In this document: one piece after another, positions 1-11,720 of the stretch
Numbering within the stretch: the stretch's first letter is position 1
Layout: each line of letters starts with the position of its first letter
Source: Octopus sinensis
Lineage: Eukaryota
Direction: 5' to 3'
DNA length: 64,000 nt
NCBI RefSeq assembly: GCF_006345805.1
Contig: NC_043026.1
Coordinates: 9,052,001-9,116,000 of the forward strand
Program-made: the position numbers and the translations under genes
The notes under the pieces: generated by a model
What the model was told of the DNA's origin: nothing
The model's input: the letters and a program-made list of their open reading frames with translations, nothing else
The model's database searches: none

Positions 1-517
<517 letters not shown>

Positions 518-555
518 TATTTGTGATAAATTATTCTGTATAACTGGTGACTTAA

Positions 556-1164
556 GCCTTTACCATGCAGATTATCCTGTCAAATGTGACGCTTATTTCT
601 TTACAACATTGTCAGTTTATTACATATTATCTCAAAGCTTTCAAATTTTGTCAATGTGGTTCTCTTTCTCCTTTCTCCTTTCCTTGTTTCAGTCATTTGA
701 CTGTGGCCATGCTGGAGCACCACCTTTAATCGAGCAACTCGACCCTGGGACTTATTCTTTTGTAAGCCCAGTACTTATTCTATCGGTGTCTTTTGCCGAA
801 CTGCTAAGTGACGGGGACATAAGCACACCAGCATCGGTTGTCAAGCAATGCTAGGGGGACAAACACAGACACATAAACACAGACATACATATATACATAT
901 ATATGATGGACTTCTTTCAGTTTCCGTCTACCAAATCCACTCACAAGGCATTGGTCGGCCCGAGGCTATAGTAGAAGGCACTTGCCCAAGGTTCCACGCA
1001 GTGGGACTGAACCCAGAACCATATGGCTGGTAAGCAAGCTACTTACCACACAGCCACTCCTGGTTGTTCATTTTCAGAATGACATTGTAGGGTAGGTGTG
1101 AGAGGCTGAATCTGGCTAGATTGAACATAAAATAGGTAGAATATTTGGGCCAGATATGGCTAGT
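556..1164. mobile_element. TTAA/CCC-terminated (piggyBac-like) MITE in the ZNF-A 3' UTR, split by a SINE1 insertion
   Basis: TTAA at 552-555 is followed by gcctttaccatgcagattat. The sequence resumes after 1060 (agaatgacattgtagggtagg...ccagatatggc). It is homologous to the complete TTAA-flanked copy at 55097-55312. Confidence 0.7.
659..1060 (-). mobile_element. tRNA-derived SINE family 1, full length
   Basis: The minus strand begins AGGAGTGGCTGTGTGG (A-box-like) ... GGTTCAGTCCC (B-box-like), has a central (TA/CA)n tract, and shares its 3' half with many copies in the window. Confidence 0.85.
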
Positions 1165-1257
1165 AACACTAGAAGTACCAATATTTCTTACAAGGACCAT
1201 AGGGGGCCATTTTTGACCCCCTTTGAAAATCGTTATTCAATCCAGTTTATTTTAAAT

Positions 1258-1425
1258 TGGCTGTGTGGTAAGTAGCTTGCTTACGAACCACATGGTTCCG
1301 GGTTCAGTCCCACTGCATGGCACCTTGGGCAGGTGTCTTCTACTGTAGCCTCGGGCCAACCAAAGCCTTGTGCGTGGATTTGGAAGATGGAGACTGAAAG
1401 AAGCCTATTACCGGAGTAAGCACAT
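1258..1425 (+). mobile_element. SINE1 5' half
   Basis: tggctgtgtggtaagtagcttgc...ggttcagtccc...gaaagaagcc matches the SINE1 head. Confidence 0.8.
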
Positions 1426-1476
1426 AAATGTGAAACAAGGTGGAAAAAAGAGTACTCAAATACCAGGGGTAGAGTA

Positions 1477-1657
1477 ATATGCTTTATTTAAAAGCAGCAG
1501 AAATATAACAAAAGCTGTTACTCGGAGTTTCACGTTCCCGTTCGTCGGATAGTTTTGTTAAATAGGTTCTATTTTAACAAACCTGTCCGATGAATGGGAA
1601 CGTGAAACTCCGAGTAACAGCTTTTGTTATATTTCCACTGCTTTTAAATAAAGTATA
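1477..1657. repeat. ~90-bp-arm inverted repeat (hairpin)
   Basis: gctttatttaaaagcag...ttttgttaaatag is mirrored by ctattttaacaaac...ctgcttttaaataaag around ~1567. Confidence 0.8.
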
Positions 1658-1872
1658 TATATATATATATATATAAAGGGAAAGTTTACGAAAATAAACA
1701 AAAGACGAAGACAGGTGGTGTACAAAACAAACAGATGTATTAGTATAACGCTCAGGAATTGAAAAAGTCTTTTACATTTCGAGCCTACGCTCCTCTACAG
1801 AAAGATACACAGAAAAAAACAAGGAGAGAAAAAAATGTGTATAGTAGCTAACACACACATATAATATATACA

Positions 1873-3530
1873 CTGGTAGAGACACCTGGTGTTGCCCGGG
1901 AATGATATTGCTTGTCATATATTGTAAGAAATAAGCAAAATATGTTGTATAGAAATTTATTCTAAATTCAATTTATTTTTTCAATTGGGAAATCAATTCT
2001 GAATTCATAATATAAAAAATAAAATAAAATGATAAAAATAAAAAAAAGGGAAATACAAAATTTACCGCTTTTACGAAAGGAGATAAATTTTATAACATGT
2101 TGAAGGAAATTATGTAAGAGCTCCTGGGTAAACCTTCTGTGTTTTCTGGTTCGGAGCATAAACAAATGAGTCCTGCAAACTGCTAGCCCTGGTCCCACCA
2201 ACATAAAGTTGACCATGAGAAAAGCAAGGCTCAGTTAAGTGCAAGCCAGTAGATTCCAAAGTCTGATCTTGAGCTTTATTAATTAGACATTGCAAAGCAA
2301 GGTCACACTGGGAGTTGTGTTCGTTTGAACTGAAAGGACATGTCTGTTGATTTGATTGGAATTCTTGGAGTGAAAACCTCTTCCCCAGAAGTACATCCAG
2401 TGATGATGGTAGCTCCCATCAAATTGGGTGATAATGTCTTCACAATCAACCTTGTCCCATTGCGTAATTTAGGAGGATCTCAATTTGTCAGCAGTATTTT
2501 GGGGACTCCTACCTTCAGAAAAAGTTTACGTGGAGGAGTTCCAGGTGGTTCAAGAGAATTAAGGAATTCTGTTGGGTAATGGACAGCTTGATTTCCATCA
2601 AGGACTGAATCAACTGATTCGTACTCCTTAAAGACTGTTGGAATCTTATTCATGAATTCATGGTTAATCCTTGCTACTGTCTCGTTTTGGAGAGTAAGAA
2701 TTGTCCTTTCACTCAACCATTTCTATGAATTATAATTATTACTTAAGTCTGGAAATACCCTGTTCTTCAATTCAGCTGGGGAATTCCCCACGATAGCAAT
2801 ATGAGCCAAATTGAGCTCACCATTCCTATCAAATGGTACTTTACCATTTTCTTATTGGAGGAGAAAACTGTTCTGCACATTGGTCCCCGTCTAATAAAGC
2901 CCACACGTTAGTAATTGAAGGAGAATTTCTGTACTTTATTCCATAGGTGTGAAGACTTAAAGCATGCTTTTATTTCATCAGATCTTGTTTGTCTCAGAAT
3001 GACTGGTAATGTCTGTCTGAAGTCTCCCGATGAAAATAATGTAAATCCTTCCCGTAGAGTTATTGTTGCCTCTTATGTCCTGTAAGGTCTTATAAAGATC
3101 TGCCATTGCACCTCCATGTGACACGGTGCATTCATCCCACATGATCAGGTGGCATTGGTGCAACACTTGTGCTGAGCCTGAACCTTTGCTTATGTTCCAA
3201 ATTGGTCTGTCGTTGGGAACTGGGTTTAGCAGTAATTTAAAAGCAGAATGAGTAGTTTGCCCTCCTGGGAGAATGGTGGCATCAATGCCAGACAATGCTA
3301 CAGCAACTGCAATTCTTTTTTGCTGCCTTAACCTTGGAGAGAAGCAATGTTGCAAATGTTTTACCTGTGCCAGCAGCAGCATCAAGAAGGAAAATTCCTC
3401 CTCTTTTTCTCTGACTCACGAAATTATTTTATTGTATGCACAACGTTATTCTGGAAGAAGTTTTGCTTCATGTTCATTCACAAATGCAGCCAAGTCTGTG
3501 ATGTCACAATCTATCTCTCTTGCTATGTTT
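1873..3530 (-). mobile_element. Degenerate Helitron: PIF1-like helicase remnant plus 3' terminus
   Basis: Minus-strand fragments read GTGKT (Walker A), IAVAVALSGIDATILPGGQTTHSAFK, LIMWDEC, NSLEPPGTPP, NKAQDQTL and FSHGQLYV, with stops and frameshifts. A 3' hairpin CCCGGGCAACACCAGG is followed by CCAG|T (CTAG-like) at 1873. Confidence 0.85.
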
Positions 3531-4060
3531 CTGGCAGTGTTTCTACAGCTGGATGCCCTTCCTAACGCCAACTGCTCCGTGAGTGTAGTGGGTGCTTTTT
3601 ACGTGTCACCGGCACAGGTGCCAGGCGAGGCTGGCAGACGGCCATGATTGGATGGTGCTTTTTACGTGTCACCGGCACAGGTGCCAGGTGAGGCTGGCAA
3701 ACGGCCACGATTGGATGGTGCTTTTTACGTGCCACTGGCAAGGGAACCAGGCGAGGCTGGCAAACGACCACGATCGGATGGTGCTTTTTACGTGCCACTG
3801 GCAAGGGAACCAGGCGAGGCTGGCAAACAACCACGATCGGATGGTGCTTTTTACGTGCCACTGGCAAGGGAACCAGGCGAGGCTGGCAAACGGCCACGAT
3901 TGGATGGTGCTTTTTACGTGTCACCGGCACAGGTGCCAGGGGAGGCTGGCAAACGACCACGATCGGATGGTGCTTTTTACATGCCACTGCCATGGGGGCC
4001 AGGCGAGGCTGGCAACAGCCACGATCAGACTGGTGCATTTTACGTGTCACCAGCACGGAA
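3530..4060 (-). repeat. GAT-tailed (RTE-associated) repeat fragment with 8 x 63-bp internal tandem array
   Basis: The core ggatgcccttcctaacgccaac is followed by units starting ggtgc at 3591, 3654, 3717, 3780, 3843, 3906, 3969 and 4032. Confidence 0.85.
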
Positions 4061-4439
4061 GTTAAATCACTATTTTGATAGTTTGCATTTGGCAACCCTG
4101 AGAATTAAGTTTCGTGATACAATCTACATCATCTGGAGGATATTCAAAGAAAATTTCATTCAGAAATATGTTTTTGCTGAAAACTAAGATGCAACATGGC
4201 CAACTTATTTATATCTTGCAAATTTCTTTACTCCGACCCTCGGAAAATTTTTTTGTATAAACACATTCTGAGATAATCAGAATCTATACCATCTCCATCT
4301 GAATCATATTCGTAGAAAATTACATTAAAAAATATCAATTTTTATGGAAGTTGTGAAGAAATACAGTAGGGCAGGACATTCATGTGTAAGTATGCTGGGA
4401 TTCGAACTCAAAACCCAAAGACCGACAAAATGATGCTCT

Positions 4440-4803
4440 CTCTCTCTCTCTCTCTTTTACTTGTTTCAGTCATTTGACTGTGGCCATGCTGGAGCACCGC
4501 CTTTACTCGAGAAAATGTACTGCGGGACTTATTCTTTGTAAGCCCAGTACTTATTCTATCGGTCTCTTTTTGCTGAACTGCTAAGTGACGGGGATATAAA
4601 CACACCATCATTGGTTATCAAGCAATGCTAGGGGGACAAACACAGACATGCACACACATACATATATACGACGAGCTTCTTTCAGTTTCCGTCTACCAAA
4701 TCAACTCACAAGGCTTTGGTTGGCCCAGGGCTATAGTAGAAGACACCTGCCCAAGGTGCCACGCAGTGGGACTGAACCCGGAACCATGTGGTTGGTTAGC
4801 AAG
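4440..4803 (-). mobile_element. SINE1
   Basis: Near-collinear with 659-1060. Confidence 0.8.
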
Positions 4804-4956
4804 TAAGGCGACGTGGGTACCATGAAATAAAACAAATAAACATTGTTTATAAAGAAATATTCACTCTTAATGCAACATGAATACTTCAATAAATGAATTT
4901 GCCATTACTATCACTACATTCAAGAAAGAATAAATTATTTAAATAAAGTGTATTAT

Positions 4957-5330
4957 AGGCGTAGGAGTGTCTGTGTGGTAAGTAGCTTGCTTACCAACCA
5001 CATGGTTCCGGGTTCAGTCCCACTGCGTGGCATCTTGGGCAAGTGTCTTCTACTATAGCCTCGGGCCGACCAAAGCCTTGTCAGTGGATTTGGTAGACAG
5101 AAACTGAAAGAAGCCCGTCATATATATATATGTGTGTGTTTGTCCCCTTAGCATTGCTTGACAACCGATGCTGGTGTGTTTACGTCTCCGTTACTTAGAG
5201 GTTCAGCAAAAAGAGACCGATAGAATAAGTACTGAGCTTACAAAGAATAAGTCCCGGGGTTGATTTGCTCGACTAAAGGCGGTGCTCCTGCATGGCCGCA
5301 GTCAAATGACTGAAACGAGTAAAGAGTATA
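4957..5330 (+). mobile_element. SINE1 full length
   Basis: ggcgtaggagtgtctgtgtgg head, ggttcagtccc B-box, 3' end gactgaaacgagtaaagag. Confidence 0.85.
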
Positions 5331-5569
5331 TAATTGCCATTAGTGTTTTGATAAATAAAACAGAAGCCTGTGTATGAAACTGGTCTTTTTCCTACTTCAG
5401 TTATTTCATTTTTCTCTTATAAAATACACACATACAGGAGGGGTAAACTATACATATAATAATACTCTGAATGGGGCTCTCAAGAATGAATAAAAGCAAT
5501 TACCCAATTAATGACAGGTATTACTACGAGTAGTTTATAGACATATACACACACAAAGGAACCATCCAA

Positions 5570-5805
5570 ACGTGGCTGCTGCCAGCGCAGCCCGTCTGTC
5601 CTCTGTGCAGGTTGCACGTAAAAAGCACCATCCGATTGTAGCCATTGCCAGCCTCGTCTGGCCTCCGTGCTGGTGGCACGTAAAAGCACCCACTACACTA
5701 ACGGAGTGGTTGGCATTAGGAAGGGTATCCAGCCGTAGAAACTTTGTCAGATCAGACTGGGCCTGGTGCAGCCTTCTGACTTCCCAGACCCCAGTTGAAC
5801 CGTCA
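5570..5805 (+). mobile_element. GAT-tailed RTE-associated repeat, truncated
   Basis: ggcacgtaaaagcacccactacact...ggaagggtatccagccgtagaaac...ccagttgaaccgtc. Confidence 0.7.
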
Positions 5806-6493
5806 CAAATTTTAATGAACTCTATTTGGAACAGTGGAAGTTGAAATTCTGTAGCATTGGTTGTGAGTCAACTGTGGCTGGTTCATCTTGATGTAGCTGT
5901 GTGTTGGTTATGCATTCACTGGTCTAGTCTGTCTGCCTGGAGTTACCGAATACAAAAGAATGACAAGAAGAACCAGGTAAATTCAATGCAACTATTATTT
6001 ATTACAACCCCTTATAAAAATACATGGCAAATGTCTTACATATTGTGAAGTAACAGGTTTGGCAAGTTTTAACGAACTCTAACTGGAACAGTGGGAGTTG
6101 TATCATAGTTGAAATTCTGTAGCATGTTCATGGTTTGGTTCTGTGTTTTGGGCAGCATCAGTTGTTGTGATCTGTCCGTGGCTGTAGAGGAAGTACAAGT
6201 TTACCAGGCCAGAGAGAGAGAGAGATCAGGAATGAAGACAGAAACGGGTGTGCTGGCACAAAGGAGATACATGGTTACACAGCCTGAGGGAAATGCAGGA
6301 GAAGGAGATAGAGGGTGGGAGACAACACGATGGAGATAGTGGCAAAATGATGGGCGTATTCACTAGGGGGGGGGATCAGAACATAAATGGGGATGGTTGA
6401 GTAAAGGAAGAAAGAGATATAGATGGTGCCAAGTGCCAGGCCATACCCTTCAGGTTCAAACGTCATAATATAAGGGACAGGATACTGCATAGG

Positions 6494-6849
6494 TGGCGAG
6501 CTGGCAGAAACGTTAGGCTCTGAGTTCAAATTCCGCCGAGTTCGACTTTGCCTTACATCCTTTTGGGGTCGATTAAATAAGTACCAGTTACGCACTGGGG
6601 TCGATGTAATCGATTTGATCCGTTTGTCCCCTCTGTGTTTAGCCCCTTGTAGGTAGTAAAGAAATAGGTATTTCGTCTGCCATTACATTCTGAGTTCAAA
6701 TTCCGCCGAGGTCGACTTTGCTTTTCATCCTTACGGGGTCGATTAAATAAGTACCAGTTACGCACTGGAGTCGATGTAATCGACTTAATCCCTTTGTCTG
6801 TCCTTGTTTGTCTCCTCTGTGTTTAGCCCCTGGTGGGTAGTAAAGGAAT
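6494..6849 (+). mobile_element. tRNA-derived SINE family 2, dimeric, with target-site duplication
   Basis: ggcgagctggcagaaacgttag head, two gagttcaaattcc B-boxes. Flanking direct repeat aggatactgca(t/a)agg at 6479-6493 and 6850-6864. Confidence 0.85.
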
Positions 6850-7224
6850 AGGATACTGCAAAGGAAGCATGATTAGAGTGTAGGGTGTGTTGAGTGATGA
6901 CAACCTGGGTATTATAAAGGGTCAGGGGGCGACCGCAGAGCAATGATAGAGAGGAACAGCACCATGAGGGAAGGATTGGGGGAGTGAGAGGTAGGCATAG
7001 TCTATGGAAGGAATGTGAAGAAGAGATGTAGATTGGTTTGTTGGGGGTAGGGTGTGTAAAAAGTTTTCTTGTTACATGTGGGTGGAACACATAGGTTGAG
7101 GGCAAGCCAATAGCAATAATACAGTAAGACAGGGAATGGGGGTGGAACAGACAGGTCAGGACTAGCGGAGAGCAATGCTACAGTGAGACAGGGCAGGACT
7201 GTATTTAAAATATCCGATCGTGGC

Positions 7225-7430
7225 CGTTTGCCAGCCTCGTGTGGCACCTGTGCAGGTGGCACGTAAAAAGCACCCACTACACTCACAGAGTGGTTGGCAT
7301 TAGGAAGGGCATCAAGCTGTAGAAACACTGCCAGATCAGAGGGCCTGGTGCAGCCAACTGGCTTCCCAGACCCCAGTTGAACCGTCCAACCCATGCTAGC
7401 ATGTAAAGCGGACGTTAGATGATGATGATG
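7225..7430 (+). mobile_element. GAT-tailed RTE-associated repeat
   Basis: Same core as the other copies, ending cgttagatgatgatgatg. Confidence 0.8.
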
Positions 7431-7767
7431 AAATATTTTCAATGGCAGTCAATAATGGCCCCTTATGGTCCTTGTGAGAAGTAAGAAGTGTTGGTACATC
7501 TAGTGTCCACTCTTTAGAATTTAAACCAGCCATATCTGGCCCAAATATTCTACCTATTTTATGATCAAGGTAGTTAGAGTCGGCTTCTTACACCTACCCT
7601 ACAATGTCATTGTGAAAATACACAATCATATCATCAAAACTTGAAAGCTGTGGGTGAATGTATGACAAATTGAAAATAATGGGAATAAATAACCCTCACA
7701 TTCGACAGAATAATCTGCATGGTAAAGGGTTCAGTCACCCCTTACAGATTATGATTTAGCACAAATA

Positions 7768-9438
7768 TCAGTGGGATTGCTTCTTCCCCTGATGAACACG
7801 TTTGTGAGAAGTTAAGTTGCCATGTTGAGTGAATGACCTTCCACAGATATCACAAGAATATGGCTTCTCTCCAGTATGAATACGTTTATGTGTAGTCAAG
7901 CTACCTTTTTGAAAGAATGATTTACCACAAATGTCACAGTGAAATGGCTTCTCTCCTGTATGAACACGTTTGTGAGATTTTAAAACACTTTGGACATAGA
8001 ATGATGTACCACAGACATTAGAGTGATATGGCTTCTCTCCCCTATGGAAACATTTGTGAGAAACTAAGTGGCCACTTTGAGAGAATGATTTACCACAAAT
8101 GTCACAAGAATATGGTGTTTCTCCTGTATGAATACGTCTGTGATTAGTTAAGTTACAACCGGCAGAGAAAGATTTGCCACAGATGTTGCACTGATATGGC
8201 TTCTCTCCTGTATGGAAACGTTTGTGAATAGTTAAGTACCCACTTTGAGAGAATGATTTACCACAGACATCACAGTGATAGGGCTTCTCTCCTGTATGAA
8301 TACGTTTGTGAGCAGTTAAATACCGACTTTAAGAGAATGATTTACCACAGATTTCACAGTGAAATGGTGTCTCTCCTGTATGAATACGTTTGTGAGCAGT
8401 TAAACACCCACTTTGAGTGAATGATTTACCACAGATTTCACAGTGAAATGGTGTCTCTCCTGTATGAATACGTTTATGAATAGTTAACTTCCTACTGGTA
8501 GAGAAAGATTTGCCACAAATATCACAGTGAAATGGCTTCTCTCCTGTATGAATACGTTTATGAGAAGTTAAAGCACTGTTGCGAGAGAATGATTTACCAC
8601 AGACGTCACAGGAACATGGGATCTCACCTGTATGAATTCGTTTGTGAGAAGTTAAAGCACTCCTTTGAGAGAATGAATAACCACAGATATTACAGGAGTA
8701 CGGTTTCTCTCCTGTATGAAGACGTATGTGAGATTTTAAAATGCTTTGGTGAGAGAATGATGTACCACAGACATCACAGTGATAAGGCTTCTCTCCTGTA
8801 TGAAGACGTTTGTGTCTTGTCAAGTCATTTTTCTGAGAGAATGGTTTACCACAAATGTTACACTGATGTGGCTTCTCCCCTGTATGAACACGTTTGTGAT
8901 AATTTAAAGCACTTCTATCAGAGAATGGTGTACCACAGATAACACAGTGATAAGGCTTTTCACCAGTATGAATACGTTTGTGTATAGTCAAGTTATTCCT
9001 GTGATGGAATGATTTACCACAGATGTCACAGTGAAATGGCTTCTCTCCTGTATGAATATGTTTGTGAGAATTTAAATCACTTCGGTCAGAGAATGATTTA
9101 CCACAGACATCACAACGGTAAGGCTTCTCTCCAGTATGAATACGTTTGTGTGTAGTCAAGTTATTATTTTGAGAGAATGATTTACCACAAATGTTACAGT
9201 GAAATGGTTTCTCCCCTGTATGAATACGCTTGTGCATATTCAAGTGAGCCTTTTGAGAGAATGATTTACCACAGATGTCACAATGAAATGGCTTCTCTAC
9301 CGTATGAAGACGTTTGTGCTTATTCAAGTTACCCTTTTCAGAGAAGGACCTTTTACACACATCACAGTCATGTGACAATTTTTGTTTTCCTTTTTCTTCT
9401 GGAAAAGTCAGATCCTTTAGTTTCTCACTCTTTTCCAT
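7768..9438 (-). CDS. C2H2 zinc-finger gene ZNF-B (19 finger units) with one internal nonsense codon at 8329-8331
   Basis: ORF MEKSEKL... gives 12 complete fingers, then TAA where neighbouring fingers have CAA. The same frame continues through six more finger units (one with C>S) to [11 protein letters not shown] at 7768-7770. Total 557 codons, in frame. Confidence 0.85.
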
Positions 9439-9457
9439 TATTTTTCTTTGAAAATCA

Positions 9458-9495
<38 letters not shown>

Positions 9496-9760
9496 TATAT
9501 ATATATATGTTTTCTTCTGTTCTTTAGTACTTTGTTTGCAAGTATTTCGACTCTTGTAGACACTCCAGTCAGTGATGTCCAAAAGGTTTGCTAATAACAC
9601 ATTTCAGAGTAAATATATCAGAGGAATTCCACCACAGATTCATAGAAACAATCTTATATATCTGTTCTGTACAATATTTCCATTTTGGTCTTTAAAAGAT
9701 GATAAATAATGAGAATGTATCTTCAGTTATGCCAATGTCATCTGATATTCTGAAATAATA
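9439..9760 (-). promoter_or_regulatory. Conserved splice acceptor (AG at 9750-9751) and 5' leader of ZNF-B
   Basis: The minus strand reads ttgtttctttattatttcag|aatatcagATGACATTGGCATAA. It is homologous to the regions upstream of ZNF-C, D and E. Confidence 0.65.
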
Positions 9761-9959
9761 AAGAAACAACAGTGTAAGATATAGAGGCTACTTAAAAAAA
9801 TACAGATTCAACATTTCCATAAAGATAAACTCTAGAAATAAACATTTACCTGAACAACAGAACTTTTTAATTTATTAAGATTTACATCAGAAAATCTTGT
9901 GTGAAGTTAACATATTTCTAAATTCCAGTTACACATTCTTATTGCACAACATTTATAAA

Positions 9960-10029
<70 letters not shown>

Positions 10030-10033
<4 letters not shown>

Positions 10034-10257
10034 AAAAAGTACCATCCGAGCATGGCTGTTTGCCAGAACCGTCTGGCACGTAAAAAGCACCCACTACACT
10101 CACGGAGAGGTTGGCGTTAGGAAGGGCATCCAGCCATAGAAACTTTGCCAGATCAGACTGGGCCTGGTGCAGCCTTCTGGCTTCCCAGACCCCAGTTGAA
10201 CCGTCCAACCCATGCTAGCATGGAAAACGGATGCTAAATGATGATGATGATGATGAT
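10030..10257 (+). mobile_element. GAT-tailed RTE-associated repeat
   Basis: Core ggaagggcatccagccatagaaac, tail gatgatgatgatgat, preceded by (TA)n at 9968-10028. Confidence 0.8.
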
Positions 10258-10604
10258 AGTGTGAAATTTATGAAAGTGAAGTTTGAAATGTGGTTGAGTT
10301 TATACTTTGCTTGATGAATAGGGGAATTATAGACCTCTTGTTTAAATGCCTACAAAAAGTACATCAGCTAAGCAAATGGACTTCCCTAAATGCATTGAAA
10401 CCATTATAACAGAATCACTGTTTCAGGAAATTATCGTCGTTCAAAGACAACAAAATAATAATAATTCGTTCGTTTAATGGCCACAAGAGCTAACAAAAAT
10501 CAATTAAAACATAAAGGGACAAAACACAGGACGAAAGTTACAAAGGGTTTTGTCCGTAACTATGTAGAAAACGAAAATGAAAAAAAAAAAAAAACTGCGC
10601 TAAC

Positions 10605-10777
10605 GACCCGGGGGTGGGGGACTTTCGGAAAATTTACAAGATCCGATTTTTCCGTCATAAGTTAGGGTAAAATGGATTGCGAGGATGATCCGGTTCTTGA
10701 CTGAAGAAGGCTTCCAATGACCCGTCCGTGTTTTTTGTATCGTCTATTTGGATGTTTTGCGTTCTTGTCCCATTTTG

Positions 10778-10825
<48 letters not shown>

Positions 10826-11040
10826 CTTTTGTTTTTTACGGAATCCCACTTTTTGGTTATGGAGGATCCGATTCTGAAAAAACTTTTTTTGAAAAATCGC
10901 ATTTTCAAAATTTCATTTACCACCAGCCTCTTCACTTTTCACTTGAAAAAAAAACAAAACAAACAAACATATTTTTGCCCTTAAAAACGATGGGAGAAAC
11001 CTTTTCGGTAACAAAAACATAAAATATTGTAAATATTTTC
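10605..11040. repeat. Unclassified interspersed repeat (family X)
   Basis: gactttcggaaaatttacaagatccgatttttccgtc and ggaggatccgattctgaaaaaa recur at 60575-60900 and, inverted, at 63740-63945. Confidence 0.6.
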
Positions 11041-11385
11041 AAAGGAAAAAGTGTGATTTAAGGGAGATTTGGCTGTTGTTTCTAGCACGTCCTAAGACAA
11101 CCCTCCTCGTTTCACTTTCCCATCTTTTGAAGTTTTTCTCTTCATAAACACATTTATGATTTTTTTTCAACCCTATTCTTCGCCCCTGGTTGCTTCTGTT
11201 TGCGATTTAAGATATCGGTGAGTCTGAGGCCGTTTCTGGCATTTATCCACAATGAAAACACAAGAAACGTGGGAAAATGATGGAAAGTGTAGAAGGTAGC
11301 CTCCATAGCTAGAAATAGCAGCCAAAGGTCGCACGAATCAAAGGACATCTGAGACAGGAAGTATTTAGAAATTAAATAGTTTAAT

Positions 11386-11560
11386 ACTTACGGAAATGGT
11401 CTTAAAAAGGATGGTGTTGTTGTTAGAAGTGCGCCAGGTGGTTGAGAAATGTATTATAAATGTGTTTGGGAGTGAATTGAGAGAAATTCCGACTGAAATC
11501 AAGTTTGTTAAAATGAATGAATGGAGGCGGAAATACGCTTAGTGCGCATGCGTATGAAAT
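11386..11560 (-). promoter_or_regulatory. Putative promoter and non-coding exon 1 of ZNF-B
   Basis: TGCGCATGCG (NRF1-type) at 11543-11552 and GGCGGAAA nearby. Minus-strand donor CC|GTAAGT at 11391. Homologous blocks lie upstream of ZNF-D and ZNF-E in gene orientation. Confidence 0.6.
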
Positions 11561-11720
11561 ACTGGTTTTTCTTCTTTTTTTCTTTTGTTTTTTAAAGATT
11601 TTGGTAGAAAACCAGAAATTTCGGGGAGGGTCAAGTGTCAGTCGATTTCATGGACCCGAGTAGTCAACTGGTATTTATTTTATTGAACCCTAGCAGAAAA
11701 AGGTGAAAGGCAAAGTTTAT

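Noticed and set aside
3562-4187. Repetitive ORFs (DGAFYV..., KKHHPI...)
   Set aside because: They are translations of the 63-bp array in a non-coding repeat.
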